DNA of 64,000 bases from Dehalococcoidia bacterium (lineage in GTDB: Bacteria; Chloroflexota; Dehalococcoidia; GIF9; AB-539-J10). The stretch covers positions 43,771-107,770 of the forward strand of contig DAOUMA010000020.1 in assembly GCA_034414555.1 (NCBI GenBank), written 5' to 3'. The translations under genes and the position numbers were made by a program. Under the pieces are notes generated by a model. That model made no database searches. It was given only the letters and a program-made list of their open reading frames with translations, and was not told the DNA's origin. Shown here piece after piece: positions 45,955 to 56,069 of the stretch. Position 1 is the stretch's first letter. Each line of letters opens with the position of its first letter.

Positions 45955-46224
45955 ATGAATAACATCGATCCGTCACAGCGACCAAATTGGGTAACTGTGA
46001 ATCAGATGCATGCAGGGCAGAGCGGTCGCGTGGTTCAAGTTTCAGGTGGGCGTGGGATGACCACCCATCTCCAGGCCCTGGGAATAATGCCTGGCAAAAT
46101 AGTAACCAAGGTAAGTTCAGCATTTATGAGGGGGCCGGTGGTTATCATGGTGGATCGTGTTCAAGTGGCTATTGGCTTTGGCATGGCCAGCCGGATAATA
46201 GTTGCCCTGGATTTAAAGAAGTAG
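45955..46224 (+). CDS. feoA: Ferrous iron transport protein A
   Basis: GQSGRVVQVSGG, LQALGIMPG, GPVVI, VAIGFGMASRIIV. Confidence 0.92.
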   Translation: MNNIDPSQRPNWVTVNQMHAGQSGRVVQVSGGRGMTTHLQALGIMPGKIVTKVSSAFMRGPVVIMVDRVQVAIGFGMASRIIVALDLKK

Positions 46225-47934
46225 ATGAAGATACTTCTGATGGGCAACCCCAATGTGGGGAAGAGTGCCCTCTTCTCCCGACTCACAGGTGTCAGGGTAG
46301 CTGTCTCTAACTATCCCGGGACCACCGTGGAGTTTACCCGAGGTTTTATGAAGCTGGGTGGTGAGGCAAACGAGGTGGTGGATGTCCCCGGCACCTATAC
46401 CCTCGAGCCCATGTCCAAGGCGGAAGAGGTAGCCGCTGAGATGTTGAAGGATGGTAGCGATGTTGTCATTGATGTAGTCAATGCTATCAATCTGGAGCGG
46501 AATCTCTATCTCACCCTGGAACTCCTCGAGAGGAAAACGCCGGTGATAGTAGCTCTCAACATGTGGGACGATACCAAACATCGTGGGATACACATAGATG
46601 TAAACAAGCTGGAGGAGTTACTGGGAGTGCCTGTTGTCCCTGTGGTGGCGATAACAGGGGAGGGGGTAAAGAATCTGGCCTACCGTATTTCGGAAGCTAC
46701 TTCACCCTCAATGCCTCCTCGCACCCGAGATGAGAGATGGGCAGCCGTGGGAAATATCGTAGGCCAGGTGCAGACCATCTCTCATCGTCACCACACTCCA
46801 CTTGAGCACCTGGAGGATGCCTCAGTTAAACCTTTCCCTGGCATCCTTATCGCGGCAGCTATCCTGTGTTTGGCTTTCGTTGTGATACGTTTTATCGGCG
46901 AGGGACTCATTAATTACATCTCGAATCCTCTTTTTGGTGACTTCTATGCTCCGCTACTACTTAAGCTGAGTCAAGTTATGGGAGGCGGGGGACTTTTACA
47001 TGAGATCGTTATCGGGAAGTTAATCGGGGGCGAGATAAATTTTGTCCAGTCCTTCGGGCTTTTGACCACTGGTCTCTATGTTCCCCTGGGGATGGTCCTG
47101 CCATATGTGTTTTCTTTCTATCTGGTGCTCGGGATTCTGGAGGATGTAGGCTATCTACCCCGATTAGCGGTACTGTTGGATAATATAATGCACCGCTTGG
47201 GTATGCATGGTTATGCTATCATTCCCACGTTTCTTGGCTTGGGATGTAATGTTCCTGGAATACTGGCCACCCGAATACTGGAGAGCAAGAGGGAGAGATT
47301 CATTGCCGCCACCCTGATATCTATCGGCGTTCCCTGTGCCGCCCTCCAGGCGATGATCATTGGGTTGGTGGGGGAGTGGGGTTGGCAATATGTGGCTCTG
47401 GTTTACGGCAGCCTGCTATGCGTCTGGCTGGTGCTGGGGCTCATTTTAAACCTGACCGTTAAAGGCTTCAGCCCCGAGCTCCTCATGGAAATTCCTCCCT
47501 ACCGTTTTCCCCCGTGGCGGTTGGTGTGGCAGAAGCTGTGGATGAGGACAATGCACTTTCTGAGGGAGGCCTTGCCCATAATTCTGTTGGGGGTCTTGGT
47601 CATCAATGTCCTCTATTTTCTGGGGGTTTTTGATGCCATTGCGGCCTTCACCGCGCCCGTGGTGAGCAAGATGCTGGGGCTGCCACCGGAGGCTATTGGT
47701 GCTTTGGTTGTTGGCTTCTTACGCAAGGATATGGCCTTGGGAATGCTGGGTGCCCTCAGCCTGAGCGCCAAGCAACTCGTCGTCGGGAGTGTGGTATTAG
47801 CCATGTTCTTTCCCTGTATCGCTAGCTTTGTGGTGCTGACCCGGGAGTTAGGAGCTAAGGGCGTGCTTGCAGCTACCGGGATAATGATAGCTGCCTCCCT
47901 GGCTATGGGCAGTTTGCTAAATCTGATTCTGTAA
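46225..47934 (+). CDS. feoB: Ferrous iron transport protein B
   Basis: GNPNVGKS, NYPGTTVE, DVPG, NMWD, LGLGCNVP, ELLMEIPPY, FFPCIA. Confidence 0.95.
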   Translation: MKILLMGNPNVGKSALFSRLTGVRVAVSNYPGTTVEFTRGFMKLGGEANEVVDVPGTYTLEPMSKAEEVAAEMLKDGSDVVIDVVNAINLERNLYLTLELLERKTPVIVALNMWDDTKHRGIHIDVNKLEELLGVPVVPVVAITGEGVKNLAYRISEATSPSMPPRTRDERWAAVGNIVGQVQTISHRHHTPLEHLEDASVKPFPGILIAAAILCLAFVVIRFIGEGLINYISNPLFGDFYAPLLLKLSQVMGGGGLLHEIVIGKLIGGEINFVQSFGLLTTGLYVPLGMVLPYVFSFYLVLGILEDVGYLPRLAVLLDNIMHRLGMHGYAIIPTFLGLGCNVPGILATRILESKRERFIAATLISIGVPCAALQAMIIGLVGEWGWQYVALVYGSLLCVWLVLGLILNLTVKGFSPELLMEIPPYRFPPWRLVWQKLWMRTMHFLREALPIILLGVLVINVLYFLGVFDAIAAFTAPVVSKMLGLPPEAIGALVVGFLRKDMALGMLGALSLSAKQLVVGSVVLAMFFPCIASFVVLTRELGAKGVLAATGIMIAASLAMGSLLNLIL

Positions 47935-48114
47935 GCGAGGCATAGCTGATAAGATACTGCCACTGGCTCACCGATATGGCAAGATGCACCTCCTGGCTAT
48001 AAGTGTAGAATTGGCATGCTAGGCATGGCGGCTAGCTTGTTCTTGTTGCGCTAGCCTTTGCTGCCTGGTTCAGCAGCATCTTGAACGCCGCGCCAGGCCT
48101 TCTAGAAGCTCTGA

Positions 48115-48165
48115 CTCTGGGTGTGTCGGTGTGGTAGCGGCATAGTCAAGATATATCCTGTTCAT
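48115..48165 (-). pseudogene. 17-codon N-terminal remnant of a cysteine desulfurase (IscS/NifS)
   Basis: MNRIYLDYAATTPTHPE, followed by unrelated sequence and a stop. Confidence 0.65.
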
Positions 48166-48223
48166 CCAAGTAGTGTGTTATTAAAACAAATATAGGCGGA
48201 AAGAGGCAAATTTGACCAAGTTA

Positions 48224-48571
48224 TGCGGAGGCTGAGATACTTGGGTAACACTCATGGTATGGTTAGTAATGATACTAATTTACCGTGAGGAGTTACCAGG
48301 ATGAGAAAGCCAGCCAGCTTTTATTTCTTTAAAACCAAGCCTATTGCCTTAAAGAGCAAATTAGGCATTCAAAGGTACTTTTCCAGGGTCAGAACCCCTA
48401 AGGATGACCCTGAGATAGAAAGGTTTAACCAGACCCTGGAGTATGAATGGCTTGCTGAGTATGACTTCAACCGTCCGCATCAGTCTCTTGCCTATCTTGC
48501 CGCTGCAGTATATTGAAAGGGAACTTGCTAAAATCCGTAGTCCAGTGTTACCTATGTGGTCAGCCTGCACA
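48224..48571 (+). mobile_element. Internally deleted IS481-like element (348 bp) retaining both terminal inverted repeats
   Basis: Left TGCGGAGGCTGA...GGTAACACT; right end reverse-complements to TGTGCAGGCTGA...GGTAACACT; internal rve remnant LGIQRYFSRVRTPKDDPEIERFNQTLEYEWL..RPHQSL. Confidence 0.8.
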
Positions 48572-48576
48572 AGAGA

Positions 48577-48605
48577 TTGCATTAGTAAAATATTAGTATT
48601 ACAAT
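48577..48605 (+). promoter_or_regulatory. Sigma70 promoter of the PHA cluster
   Basis: TTGCAT-17-TACAAT, 5 nt from the IS right end. Confidence 0.7.
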
Positions 48606-48636
48606 CATATGAGTTACTTTGAGGAGGTACAAAGAG

Positions 48637-48933
48637 ATGGAACAATGGAGCAAATATTGGCAGCAAATGACAAAAATGTGGAAGCTTTCCTGGGATCCCT
48701 ATCTTAAGGCAGCGACAGCTATGCAAGAGCAGAGTGACAGAATGTTAGACCTCATGCTTCAACAGATTGATATCTCTTCAGAAGAAGCCAGAAAGCAGGT
48801 CAGAGAATGGCTTCAGGGTGCTAGAGAGGTTAGTAAAGTCTATAGGGCACAGCTAGAAGCAATACAAGAAAACATTAAGAAGCTTGAAGAGATGCTGGAG
48901 CAGCCAGCAAAACCAAAGCAAGCTAAACAGTAG
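48637..48933 (+). CDS. Phasin-like helical protein
   Basis: 98 aa, amphipathic Gln/Glu-rich helices, first gene of the phaEC cluster; RBS GAGGAGG. Confidence 0.55.
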   Translation: MEQWSKYWQQMTKMWKLSWDPYLKAATAMQEQSDRMLDLMLQQIDISSEEARKQVREWLQGAREVSKVYRAQLEAIQENIKKLEEMLEQPAKPKQAKQ

Positions 48934-48951
48934 TAAAAAGGAATATACCCC

Positions 48952-49401
48952 ATGGATCCTCGCTTTCTAAAATGGTGGGGGGAGGCTTTAACCCTCATGG
49001 CATCAAATCTGGAATTCCTTGAGAAGACGATGCCAAAAACTGGCGCAGAAACTTCAGAATGGTTCAAGGCGTGGGAATCCCTTCCTGGGCTTTCTAAACC
49101 ACCATTTTCAACAGAAACTATGGAAAAGTCCTACCGTGAGTGGCTTTCCTTCTTAGGAGCTGTACCACGGAGTGATTACGAAGCTCTTAAGAACCAGGCA
49201 GATGCTTTAGAAACAGAATGCGAAAAATTGAAGCAGACTATAGAGACATTGGTAGAGGATGCGAGCAACTATCCAGGAGTTTCCGGTATTGTAACTCCAT
49301 GGCTGGAACTCGCCCGAAAGACAATGGATGCTCATATGGAATGGCTGAAGCAGTTCCAGAAAGGCTGGGGAGATGAGCACAGGAGCTCAGAAAAGCCATA
49401 A
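48952..49401 (+). CDS. PHA-cluster-associated coiled-coil protein
   Basis: Trp-rich amphipathic segments, FLGAVPRSDYEALK followed by a coiled coil; located between the phasin-like gene and phaE. Confidence 0.55.
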   Translation: MDPRFLKWWGEALTLMASNLEFLEKTMPKTGAETSEWFKAWESLPGLSKPPFSTETMEKSYREWLSFLGAVPRSDYEALKNQADALETECEKLKQTIETLVEDASNYPGVSGIVTPWLELARKTMDAHMEWLKQFQKGWGDEHRSSEKP

Positions 49402-49505
49402 AATGTCATTCCAAATTTGTTTCGGAATCTGAAAAGGGGATGTTGAAACAATCCTGACATTTATCAGGACAGAGTTCAGCATGATAGGTGAGGGGGTGAA
49501 CAAAA

Positions 49506-50666
49506 ATGGCTGAAGCAGAAAAACCAAAAGATATTACCTCACAGTGGATTGAAGGGCAACAGAATTTACTAAAAATGTGGCTGGATATGACTTCGCAAAG
49601 CATGGAACAAGCCATGTCTTTCTGGCAAAGCCCGGCTATCATGACTTCCCTTGGAGACTGGTATCAGAAATGGCTCAAGTCATTCCCCGAGGCTTTTCCT
49701 GTCCCGGAATCAACAAAGGGGCTCGGAGCTACAGTTCTTGAGCGGCTTTCCAGCGCTGCTAAAGTTTACCAAGACCTTCTAAGGTTCTGGGCTGATACCA
49801 TGATGGGGCTGGCTCAATTACAGCCTGGAACTACGCTCTCCGCAGAAAAAACTAAAGAGCTCTATGACCAGTGGGTGAAAAATTATCAAATCATGATGAG
49901 TTCCCTCTGGGGAGTAGTCCCTTCAACAGATGTTCAAGAGACAGTAAAAGCCCTGGAAAGTGCTACCGGTACTACTGCGGAATATTACTGGCGACAGATA
50001 GAGCCGGTACTCAAAAACTTAGAACAACTGCCCGAGACACTAAGCAAAATGGCTAAGGGTGAGAGTGGGGCTATGGTAGAGTTAACTGGAATATTCTGGA
50101 AGAATTACGAAGCTACCCTCGGCCAATCTCTGCGTGCCCCTACCTTCGGCTTTTTTCGGGGATTCACAGCTCTAATGAATAAGACAATCGATGCCTATAT
50201 CCGATTTAACACTGCTGTTGCTGAGTTTTATGCACTCTTTTACAACACCGGCCTGCATGCTGGTGAGAAGGTCTTCCAGCGACTATCAGAATTTCAGGGC
50301 AAGGAGCTCACGCCTGAGACCTTCCACGAGTTCTACCGAACCTGGTGGACAACTAATGAAGATGTCTACCACGACTTATTCTTGTCCCCACAGTTTATCA
50401 ATCTTCAAGGAGAAGTTGTTCGCCGGGGGCTTCTCTTCAGGAAGTGGCTTGACGATCTTTCCGACGAGGTCCTCAAGTTCACTAATCTCCCCACTAAGAA
50501 AGATATGGATGAGGTCTATCATTCAATTTATGAACTCAAGAATGAAGTTCGCTGGCAAAGACGCACTATCCACGACCTGGAGAATCACCTGAAGAGCTCA
50601 AGTGGTGGAGCCAAGACTACTCGGAGAACATCTAAAAGGGCTAGCCCAAAGGAGGGACAAATATGA
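49506..50666 (+). CDS. phaE: Class III PHA synthase subunit PhaE
   Basis: C-terminal NLPTKKDMDEVYHSIYELKNEVR PhaE box; overlaps phaC by 4 nt. Confidence 0.85.
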   Translation: MAEAEKPKDITSQWIEGQQNLLKMWLDMTSQSMEQAMSFWQSPAIMTSLGDWYQKWLKSFPEAFPVPESTKGLGATVLERLSSAAKVYQDLLRFWADTMMGLAQLQPGTTLSAEKTKELYDQWVKNYQIMMSSLWGVVPSTDVQETVKALESATGTTAEYYWRQIEPVLKNLEQLPETLSKMAKGESGAMVELTGIFWKNYEATLGQSLRAPTFGFFRGFTALMNKTIDAYIRFNTAVAEFYALFYNTGLHAGEKVFQRLSEFQGKELTPETFHEFYRTWWTTNEDVYHDLFLSPQFINLQGEVVRRGLLFRKWLDDLSDEVLKFTNLPTKKDMDEVYHSIYELKNEVRWQRRTIHDLENHLKSSSGGAKTTRRTSKRASPKEGQI

Positions 50667-51769
50667 CCACCGACATCTTCAATGCCATGGTCAAAGAATA
50701 TGCCAGAGTCCAGCAAAAGCTTTTGAAGGGCTTTGAGAATATGTTGCGGATTGAAGATGTGGAATCGGGGGTCACATCCTACGAAGTAGTTTACAAAGAG
50801 GACAAGGTTGAGCTCCACCATTACCAGCCCGAAACAAAGGTGGTCTACCCTATACCGCTTCTCGTTGTCTATGCCTTGGTTAACCGCCAGTATATGATGG
50901 ATATTCAGCGTGACCGCTCTCTCTTTAGAAAACTCCTGGATAACGGAATTGACCTCTATGTTATTAACTGGGGCTATCCTACCAAGATAGATAAATATCT
51001 CACCATTGAAGACTATATTTTAGGCTACATGGATAACATCGTGAATTTCCTGCGTGAGCAGAGTCGAAACGATAAGATTAATTTACTGGGTGTATGTCAG
51101 GGTGGAACTTTTTCTATTATCTACTCAGCTCTTTTCCCGGAGAAGATAAAAAATCTCGTAGCCATGGTAGCACCAGTAGATTTCCATACCAAGGATGGCC
51201 TCCTTAATGTCTGGGCGCTATCCTTAGACGCCGACCTTATGGTAGATGTATTAGGAAATATCCCTGGCGAGTTCATGAACCTGGGATTCCTCTGGCTTAA
51301 GCCCTTCCAGCTCATTTTAGACAAATATGTCGGACTCCTCGATAACATAGATGATCCAGAGGTAGTTCACAATTTCCTGTGTATGGAAAAATGGATTTTT
51401 GATTCCCCAGATCAAACCGGAGAAAGTTTTAGAAAGTTCATTAAGGACTTATACCAGGAAAACAAGTTAGTCAAGAATGAACTCATGCTCGGGAAACGGA
51501 GAGTTGACCTCAAAAAGATTACCATGCCTGTGCTCAACATCTATGGAGAGCAGGACCATCTTGTCCCCCCTTCTTCCTCTCGGCCTCTTGAAAAGTTAAT
51601 AGGCTCCAAAGATTTGACTACCAGAAGTTTTCCTATGGGACATATTGGCATGTATGTCAGTTCCAAGTCACAAAGCGAAGTTGCACCCTTGATGGCTCAA
51701 TGGCTCATCGAACGCTCAAAGCCAGAACCAGCCAGCCCCACAGCAAAACCGAAAGCAAGAAAGAGGTAA
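50663..51769 (+). CDS. phaC: Class III PHA synthase subunit PhaC
   Basis: LLVVYALVNRQYMMD, lipase box GVCQGG (Cys), EKWIFDSPDQ, QDHLVP (Asp), GHIG (His); about 370 aa. Confidence 0.96.
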   Translation: MTTDIFNAMVKEYARVQQKLLKGFENMLRIEDVESGVTSYEVVYKEDKVELHHYQPETKVVYPIPLLVVYALVNRQYMMDIQRDRSLFRKLLDNGIDLYVINWGYPTKIDKYLTIEDYILGYMDNIVNFLREQSRNDKINLLGVCQGGTFSIIYSALFPEKIKNLVAMVAPVDFHTKDGLLNVWALSLDADLMVDVLGNIPGEFMNLGFLWLKPFQLILDKYVGLLDNIDDPEVVHNFLCMEKWIFDSPDQTGESFRKFIKDLYQENKLVKNELMLGKRRVDLKKITMPVLNIYGEQDHLVPPSSSRPLEKLIGSKDLTTRSFPMGHIGMYVSSKSQSEVAPLMAQWLIERSKPEPASPTAKPKARKR

Positions 51770-51925
51770 CAAACGAGGTAAAGGTGAAACTTTCCCCTAT
51801 TCGAGGGAGCATTCATCCTCTCAATGACAAAAAAACGCCCTCGCAAACACCCAACATAAGTTATTGCTAGTTTTTTGGTTTTAATATAATATTATAAATT
51901 CGAAATTATTTGAGGAGGTTGGATA

Positions 51926-52726
51926 ATGCCAATTAACATGATTGTCTGTTGTAAACAAGTTCCTGACCCTGAGGCTCCCCCAGCTTCATTCAAGGTAGCT
52001 GGGGACAAGATGACTGTGCCGCCAGATGTAAAGCCAGTGGTTAGTCCTTATGACGAAAATGCTATGGAGGCTGCTTTAAGGATTAAAGACGCGATAGGCG
52101 GCAAAATCACGGTAATTAGCCTCGGTAACAATCTAACCCGTGATGTGATTAAGAAACCGCTGTCTGTGGGTGGTGATGAGCTTATCCTTCTTGAAGACGC
52201 GGCTTTTGAAGGGGGTGATAGTTGGGCAACAGCCAATGCACTGGCTGCCGCGATTAAGAAAATAGGGGAATACGACCTTATTCTCTGTGGGCGGCAATCC
52301 GCTGACTGGAATGCCGGTCAGGTTGGTTTGGGCATCGCGGGGATTTTAAGTATTCCTGCCGTGAGCGTGGTCAGGAAAATAGAGATTGTTGATGGAAAAG
52401 CGAAAGTAGAGCGAGCGGTTCGTGATGGCTATGAAGTTGTGGAAGTTGCGCTTCCTGCATTGCTTACCATAACCAGCGAGCTGGGTGATTTACGCTATGC
52501 TGCGCTAAAAGGGATTATGGCGGCGGCGAAGAAGCAACCCATCGTATGGAAACCAGCGGACATCGGACTTGAGCCCTCTCAAGTTGGCGCTGCTGGGAGA
52601 CGTGTTAAATTAGCTAAACTCTTTCAGCCAGTAAGGGAGACTAAGTGCGAGATAATCGGAGGAGATACTCCCGCAGAAGCTGGCGCTAACTTGGCTGTAA
52701 AGCTCAGAGAAGCAAAAAAACTCTAA
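51926..52726 (+). CDS. etfB: Electron transfer flavoprotein beta subunit
   Basis: CCKQVPD, PYDENAMEAAL, GRQSADWNAGQVG, LRYAALKGIMAA. Confidence 0.95.
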   Translation: MPINMIVCCKQVPDPEAPPASFKVAGDKMTVPPDVKPVVSPYDENAMEAALRIKDAIGGKITVISLGNNLTRDVIKKPLSVGGDELILLEDAAFEGGDSWATANALAAAIKKIGEYDLILCGRQSADWNAGQVGLGIAGILSIPAVSVVRKIEIVDGKAKVERAVRDGYEVVEVALPALLTITSELGDLRYAALKGIMAAAKKQPIVWKPADIGLEPSQVGAAGRRVKLAKLFQPVRETKCEIIGGDTPAEAGANLAVKLREAKKL

Positions 52727-52741
52727 CTTAAGGAGGAAATG

Positions 52742-53743
52742 ATGGCTGAAAATAAAGGTATATTAGTTTTCGGAGAAATAGCAGAGGGGAAATTTTCTTC
52801 CATTACCACTGAATTGCTGGGATGTGGTAGGAAGCTTGCTGACGAATTAAAGGAGAATTTATCCTGTTTATTAGCCAGTGATAAGGTTGGTGACCTTTCC
52901 AAAGAGGCAATTGCTTTTGGAGCAGACAAAGTCTATACCGTGGAAGGCTCAGCGTTAAAGCAATACGAAGCAGACTGTTATATGCAGGTCGCTGCCCAGG
53001 TTATCGGGCAGGTTTCACCTCGTGTCATCTTGCTGGGCAATACGCCCATGGGTGCCGACTTAGCTCCTCGCCTTGCTTTTAGACTTCATGTTGGGTTATC
53101 TACAGACTGCCTTGAGTTGAGCATAGACCCAGGGATAAAGCAGCTTATGCAGACGAGTTCGGTGTATGGAGGCAATGCTCAGGCGATATTCACAACCGAG
53201 GCTCTGCCCCAAATAGCTACTATCAGAGTGAAGGCAATGTCGCCCATAGAGCGCGATGGGTCAAGGAAGGGAGAAGTTATTCCTACTAAAGTTGCCATAG
53301 ATATGTCTAAGGTGAAGACAAAGATAGTGGGGACTATAAAAGAGGAAGTAACTGGCGTTAAGCTTGAGGATGCCTCGGCGATAGTTTGTGGAGGCAGAGG
53401 GTGTGGTGGACCTGACCCTTACAATACTACCTTGAAAGAGCTTGCCGCTGTGCTCAAGGGCGCCGTAGGTGCTTCCCGACCTCCATGTGATAATGGATGG
53501 GTGCCTGAGGCGATGCACATCGGTCTCACCGGTAAGATTGTCGCTCCCGATATTTATTTTGCTATCGCAATATCAGGAGCCAGCCAGCATATGTCTGGTT
53601 GCAGTGGCTCCAAGACCATCATTGCCATTAACAAGGACCCTGAGGCGAATATATTCAAGCAAGCTCACTATGGAGTGGTGGGTAAATTTGAAGATGTTGT
53701 ACCTGCTTTGACCAGTAAGCTGAAGGAATTGCTGGCGGGGTAA
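52742..53743 (+). CDS. etfA: Electron transfer flavoprotein alpha subunit
   Basis: [51 protein letters not shown]. Confidence 0.95.
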   Translation: MAENKGILVFGEIAEGKFSSITTELLGCGRKLADELKENLSCLLASDKVGDLSKEAIAFGADKVYTVEGSALKQYEADCYMQVAAQVIGQVSPRVILLGNTPMGADLAPRLAFRLHVGLSTDCLELSIDPGIKQLMQTSSVYGGNAQAIFTTEALPQIATIRVKAMSPIERDGSRKGEVIPTKVAIDMSKVKTKIVGTIKEEVTGVKLEDASAIVCGGRGCGGPDPYNTTLKELAAVLKGAVGASRPPCDNGWVPEAMHIGLTGKIVAPDIYFAIAISGASQHMSGCSGSKTIIAINKDPEANIFKQAHYGVVGKFEDVVPALTSKLKELLAG

Positions 53744-53761
53744 ATCAATTTAATACAGAAC

Positions 53762-55831
53762 TTATTCCTTTTCTTGCTTCCTTTGAGCAATGACTTTCTG
53801 GGTGAGATGAGGTGGCACCTCTTCGTAGTGGCTGAATTCCATGGTGAAGCTGCCCCGTCCCTGTGTTATTGACCTCAAGCTTATAGCATAATCCAGCAAT
53901 TCTGAGTAGGGGCACTGAGCTTGAATAGTATTATTTTTGCCTTCAGGTTCTATCCCGAGCACACGTCCTCTTTTTGAGTTAAGGTCACCAGTGAGGTCGC
54001 CAGTGAATTCTTCTGGAGCGGTTATCGTCAAGTTCATTATCGGCTCAAGTAGGATCGGTTGTCCCTGAGATAATCCCTTTTTCAAAGCTTGCGCCCCGGC
54101 GATTTTAAAGCAGATATCTGATGAATCCACCGGGTGGAAGCTACCGTCGTAAAGCGTGACCTTGGTGTCCATAATGGGATAGCCAGCCAGGATTCCTTCC
54201 TGCCTTGCTTCGTTGACTCCTTTCTCCACCGCCGGGATGTAATTTTTGGGTATCGCTCCGCCGACAATTCTCTGGGTAAACTCAAAACCGCTGCCTCGAG
54301 GCAAAGGCTCGAGCTCCAACAAGACATGTCCATATTGCCCATGTCCCCCTGTTTGCTTCTTGTGCTTGTATTCTGCCTTGGTTGCCGCAGTGATGGTTTC
54401 CTTGTAAGGAATCTTTGGTGGGCTCAAAATTAGCGTTACACCGAATTTGCGATGTGCTTTTTCCTTCACCATCTCTAAATGAGCATCGCCGATTCCTGAA
54501 ATTAGAACCTCATTGGTATCCTGCTCCCTGTGTATTTGAAGGGCAGGGTCCTCCTCACAAATCCGGGGTAAGATTGTGCTCATTTTATCCAGGTCAGCTT
54601 TAGTTTGGGGTTGGACTGCCATTGTCATATTTGCCTGAGGGAACTCGATGCCCTCCAGTATTAAGTGGCGTTCAGGAGAGCAGAGGGTATCTCCGGTGGT
54701 GGTCAAGCTCAATCTAGCCACTGCGCCAATGTCACCAGCGGCTAGTTCGGGGACTGGTTCCTGGCTCTTCCCCCTTAAAACGAAGAGCTGACCAATGCGC
54801 TCCATACCATTCTTGGTAGCATTCCAAACCTGAGAGTTGCTCAATAGCAAGCCAGAATAAACGCGGAAGTAATTGAGCTTACCTACATATGGGTCAGCGG
54901 TGGTTTTAAACACGAAGCTACTCAAAGGTTCCCCCACAGCTGGTTTAACTTCTTCTTTTTCCTTGGTTGTTGTGTTTACCGCTGTGATGGCACCGTGTTC
55001 TTCAGGCGAAGGGAGGAAATCGCAAATGGCGTCGAGAAGGGACTTTATGCCGATACCCTGTAATGCTGAACCAGCGAAAACAGGGACTAATTTCCTTGAA
55101 ACCGTTGCCTTCTTTATGGCTTGAAGAATTTCCTCATTGCTTATTTCCTCTCCCTCTAAATATTTGGTTAGAAGTTCGTCATCAACCTCAACAGCAGCCT
55201 CTACTAATTTCTCGCGATAAGAAGCGGCCTGTTCTGAAAGCGAGGAAGGTATATCTGTTTCCTTCAGTTCAGCTCCAGCATAACCTTTCATGCTGACCAG
55301 GTCTACGAAACCTTTGAAGTCACTTTGTGAGCCTATAGGGAGTATAGCAGGCAGACAATTTGCCCCTAATTTAGCCTGTATTTCTTTCAAAGTAGCAAAG
55401 AAGTTGGCATTCTCTTTGTCCATCCTGTTGATGAACAGCAAGCAAGGTAGATTTGCTTTTTCCACATATTCCCAGACCTGTTCGGTTCCCACTTCCACGC
55501 CTGAAGCAGCGCCGACCACGATTATTGCTCCTTCGCTAACACGCAAACCACATTTAATTTCACTGGTAAAATCGGCGTATCCTGGAGGATCAATGAGATT
55601 TATCTTCGTCTCCTTCCATACTTGGGGAAGCAGCGATAGGTTGATACTCATATGGCGCTCTATCTCGCTAGGGTCATAATCGGAGGTAGTAGTTCCATCC
55701 CCGATATTACCTAAACGTTTAATAGTCCCCGAAGCGAACAGCATTGATTCAGCAAGCGATGTCTTCCCAGTGCCATAATGGGATAACAAAATTACATTAC
55801 GGATTTCATCTGGGCCATATTGAATAGCCAT
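53762..55831 (-). CDS. fusA: Elongation factor G paralog (EF-G2 type)
   Basis: HYGTGKTS, DPPG, NRMD, KHKKQTGGHGQYG, GSFHPVDSS; not located in the str operon. Confidence 0.92.
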   Translation of the reverse strand: MAIQYGPDEIRNVILLSHYGTGKTSLAESMLFASGTIKRLGNIGDGTTTSDYDPSEIERHMSINLSLLPQVWKETKINLIDPPGYADFTSEIKCGLRVSEGAIIVVGAASGVEVGTEQVWEYVEKANLPCLLFINRMDKENANFFATLKEIQAKLGANCLPAILPIGSQSDFKGFVDLVSMKGYAGAELKETDIPSSLSEQAASYREKLVEAAVEVDDELLTKYLEGEEISNEEILQAIKKATVSRKLVPVFAGSALQGIGIKSLLDAICDFLPSPEEHGAITAVNTTTKEKEEVKPAVGEPLSSFVFKTTADPYVGKLNYFRVYSGLLLSNSQVWNATKNGMERIGQLFVLRGKSQEPVPELAAGDIGAVARLSLTTTGDTLCSPERHLILEGIEFPQANMTMAVQPQTKADLDKMSTILPRICEEDPALQIHREQDTNEVLISGIGDAHLEMVKEKAHRKFGVTLILSPPKIPYKETITAATKAEYKHKKQTGGHGQYGHVLLELEPLPRGSGFEFTQRIVGGAIPKNYIPAVEKGVNEARQEGILAGYPIMDTKVTLYDGSFHPVDSSDICFKIAGAQALKKGLSQGQPILLEPIMNLTITAPEEFTGDLTGDLNSKRGRVLGIEPEGKNNTIQAQCPYSELLDYAISLRSITQGRGSFTMEFSHYEEVPPHLTQKVIAQRKQEKE

Positions 55832-56055
55832 TATTCTATTTTGATATCCTTTCTCTTTGTTTCTTTCTTTCGGGGCTTTTCTGCCTGCTCAATGGCAGCA
55901 TCGATTAAGCTGCGCAGAGCTAACAACCTCTCTTTGCGAGCAGTTCGAAGGTGGCTCTGCACCTCTTCGGAGAATAGTGGGATCCCTGCTGTGTTAATCC
56001 TCACCACAAATCCCTTCCCAGGCTCGTGTTCAATCTCAAAAATCCTCTCTGCCAT
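55831..56055 (-). CDS. Small helical hypothetical protein downstream of the ArsA-like ATPase
   Basis: SHLRTARKERLLALRSLIDAAIE amphipathic helix; RBS AGGAGG; tightly packed between the arsA-like gene and fusA. Confidence 0.65.
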   Translation of the reverse strand: MAERIFEIEHEPGKGFVVRINTAGIPLFSEEVQSHLRTARKERLLALRSLIDAAIEQAEKPRKKETKRKDIKIE

Positions 56056-56069
56056 TCTGCCTCCTTTCT

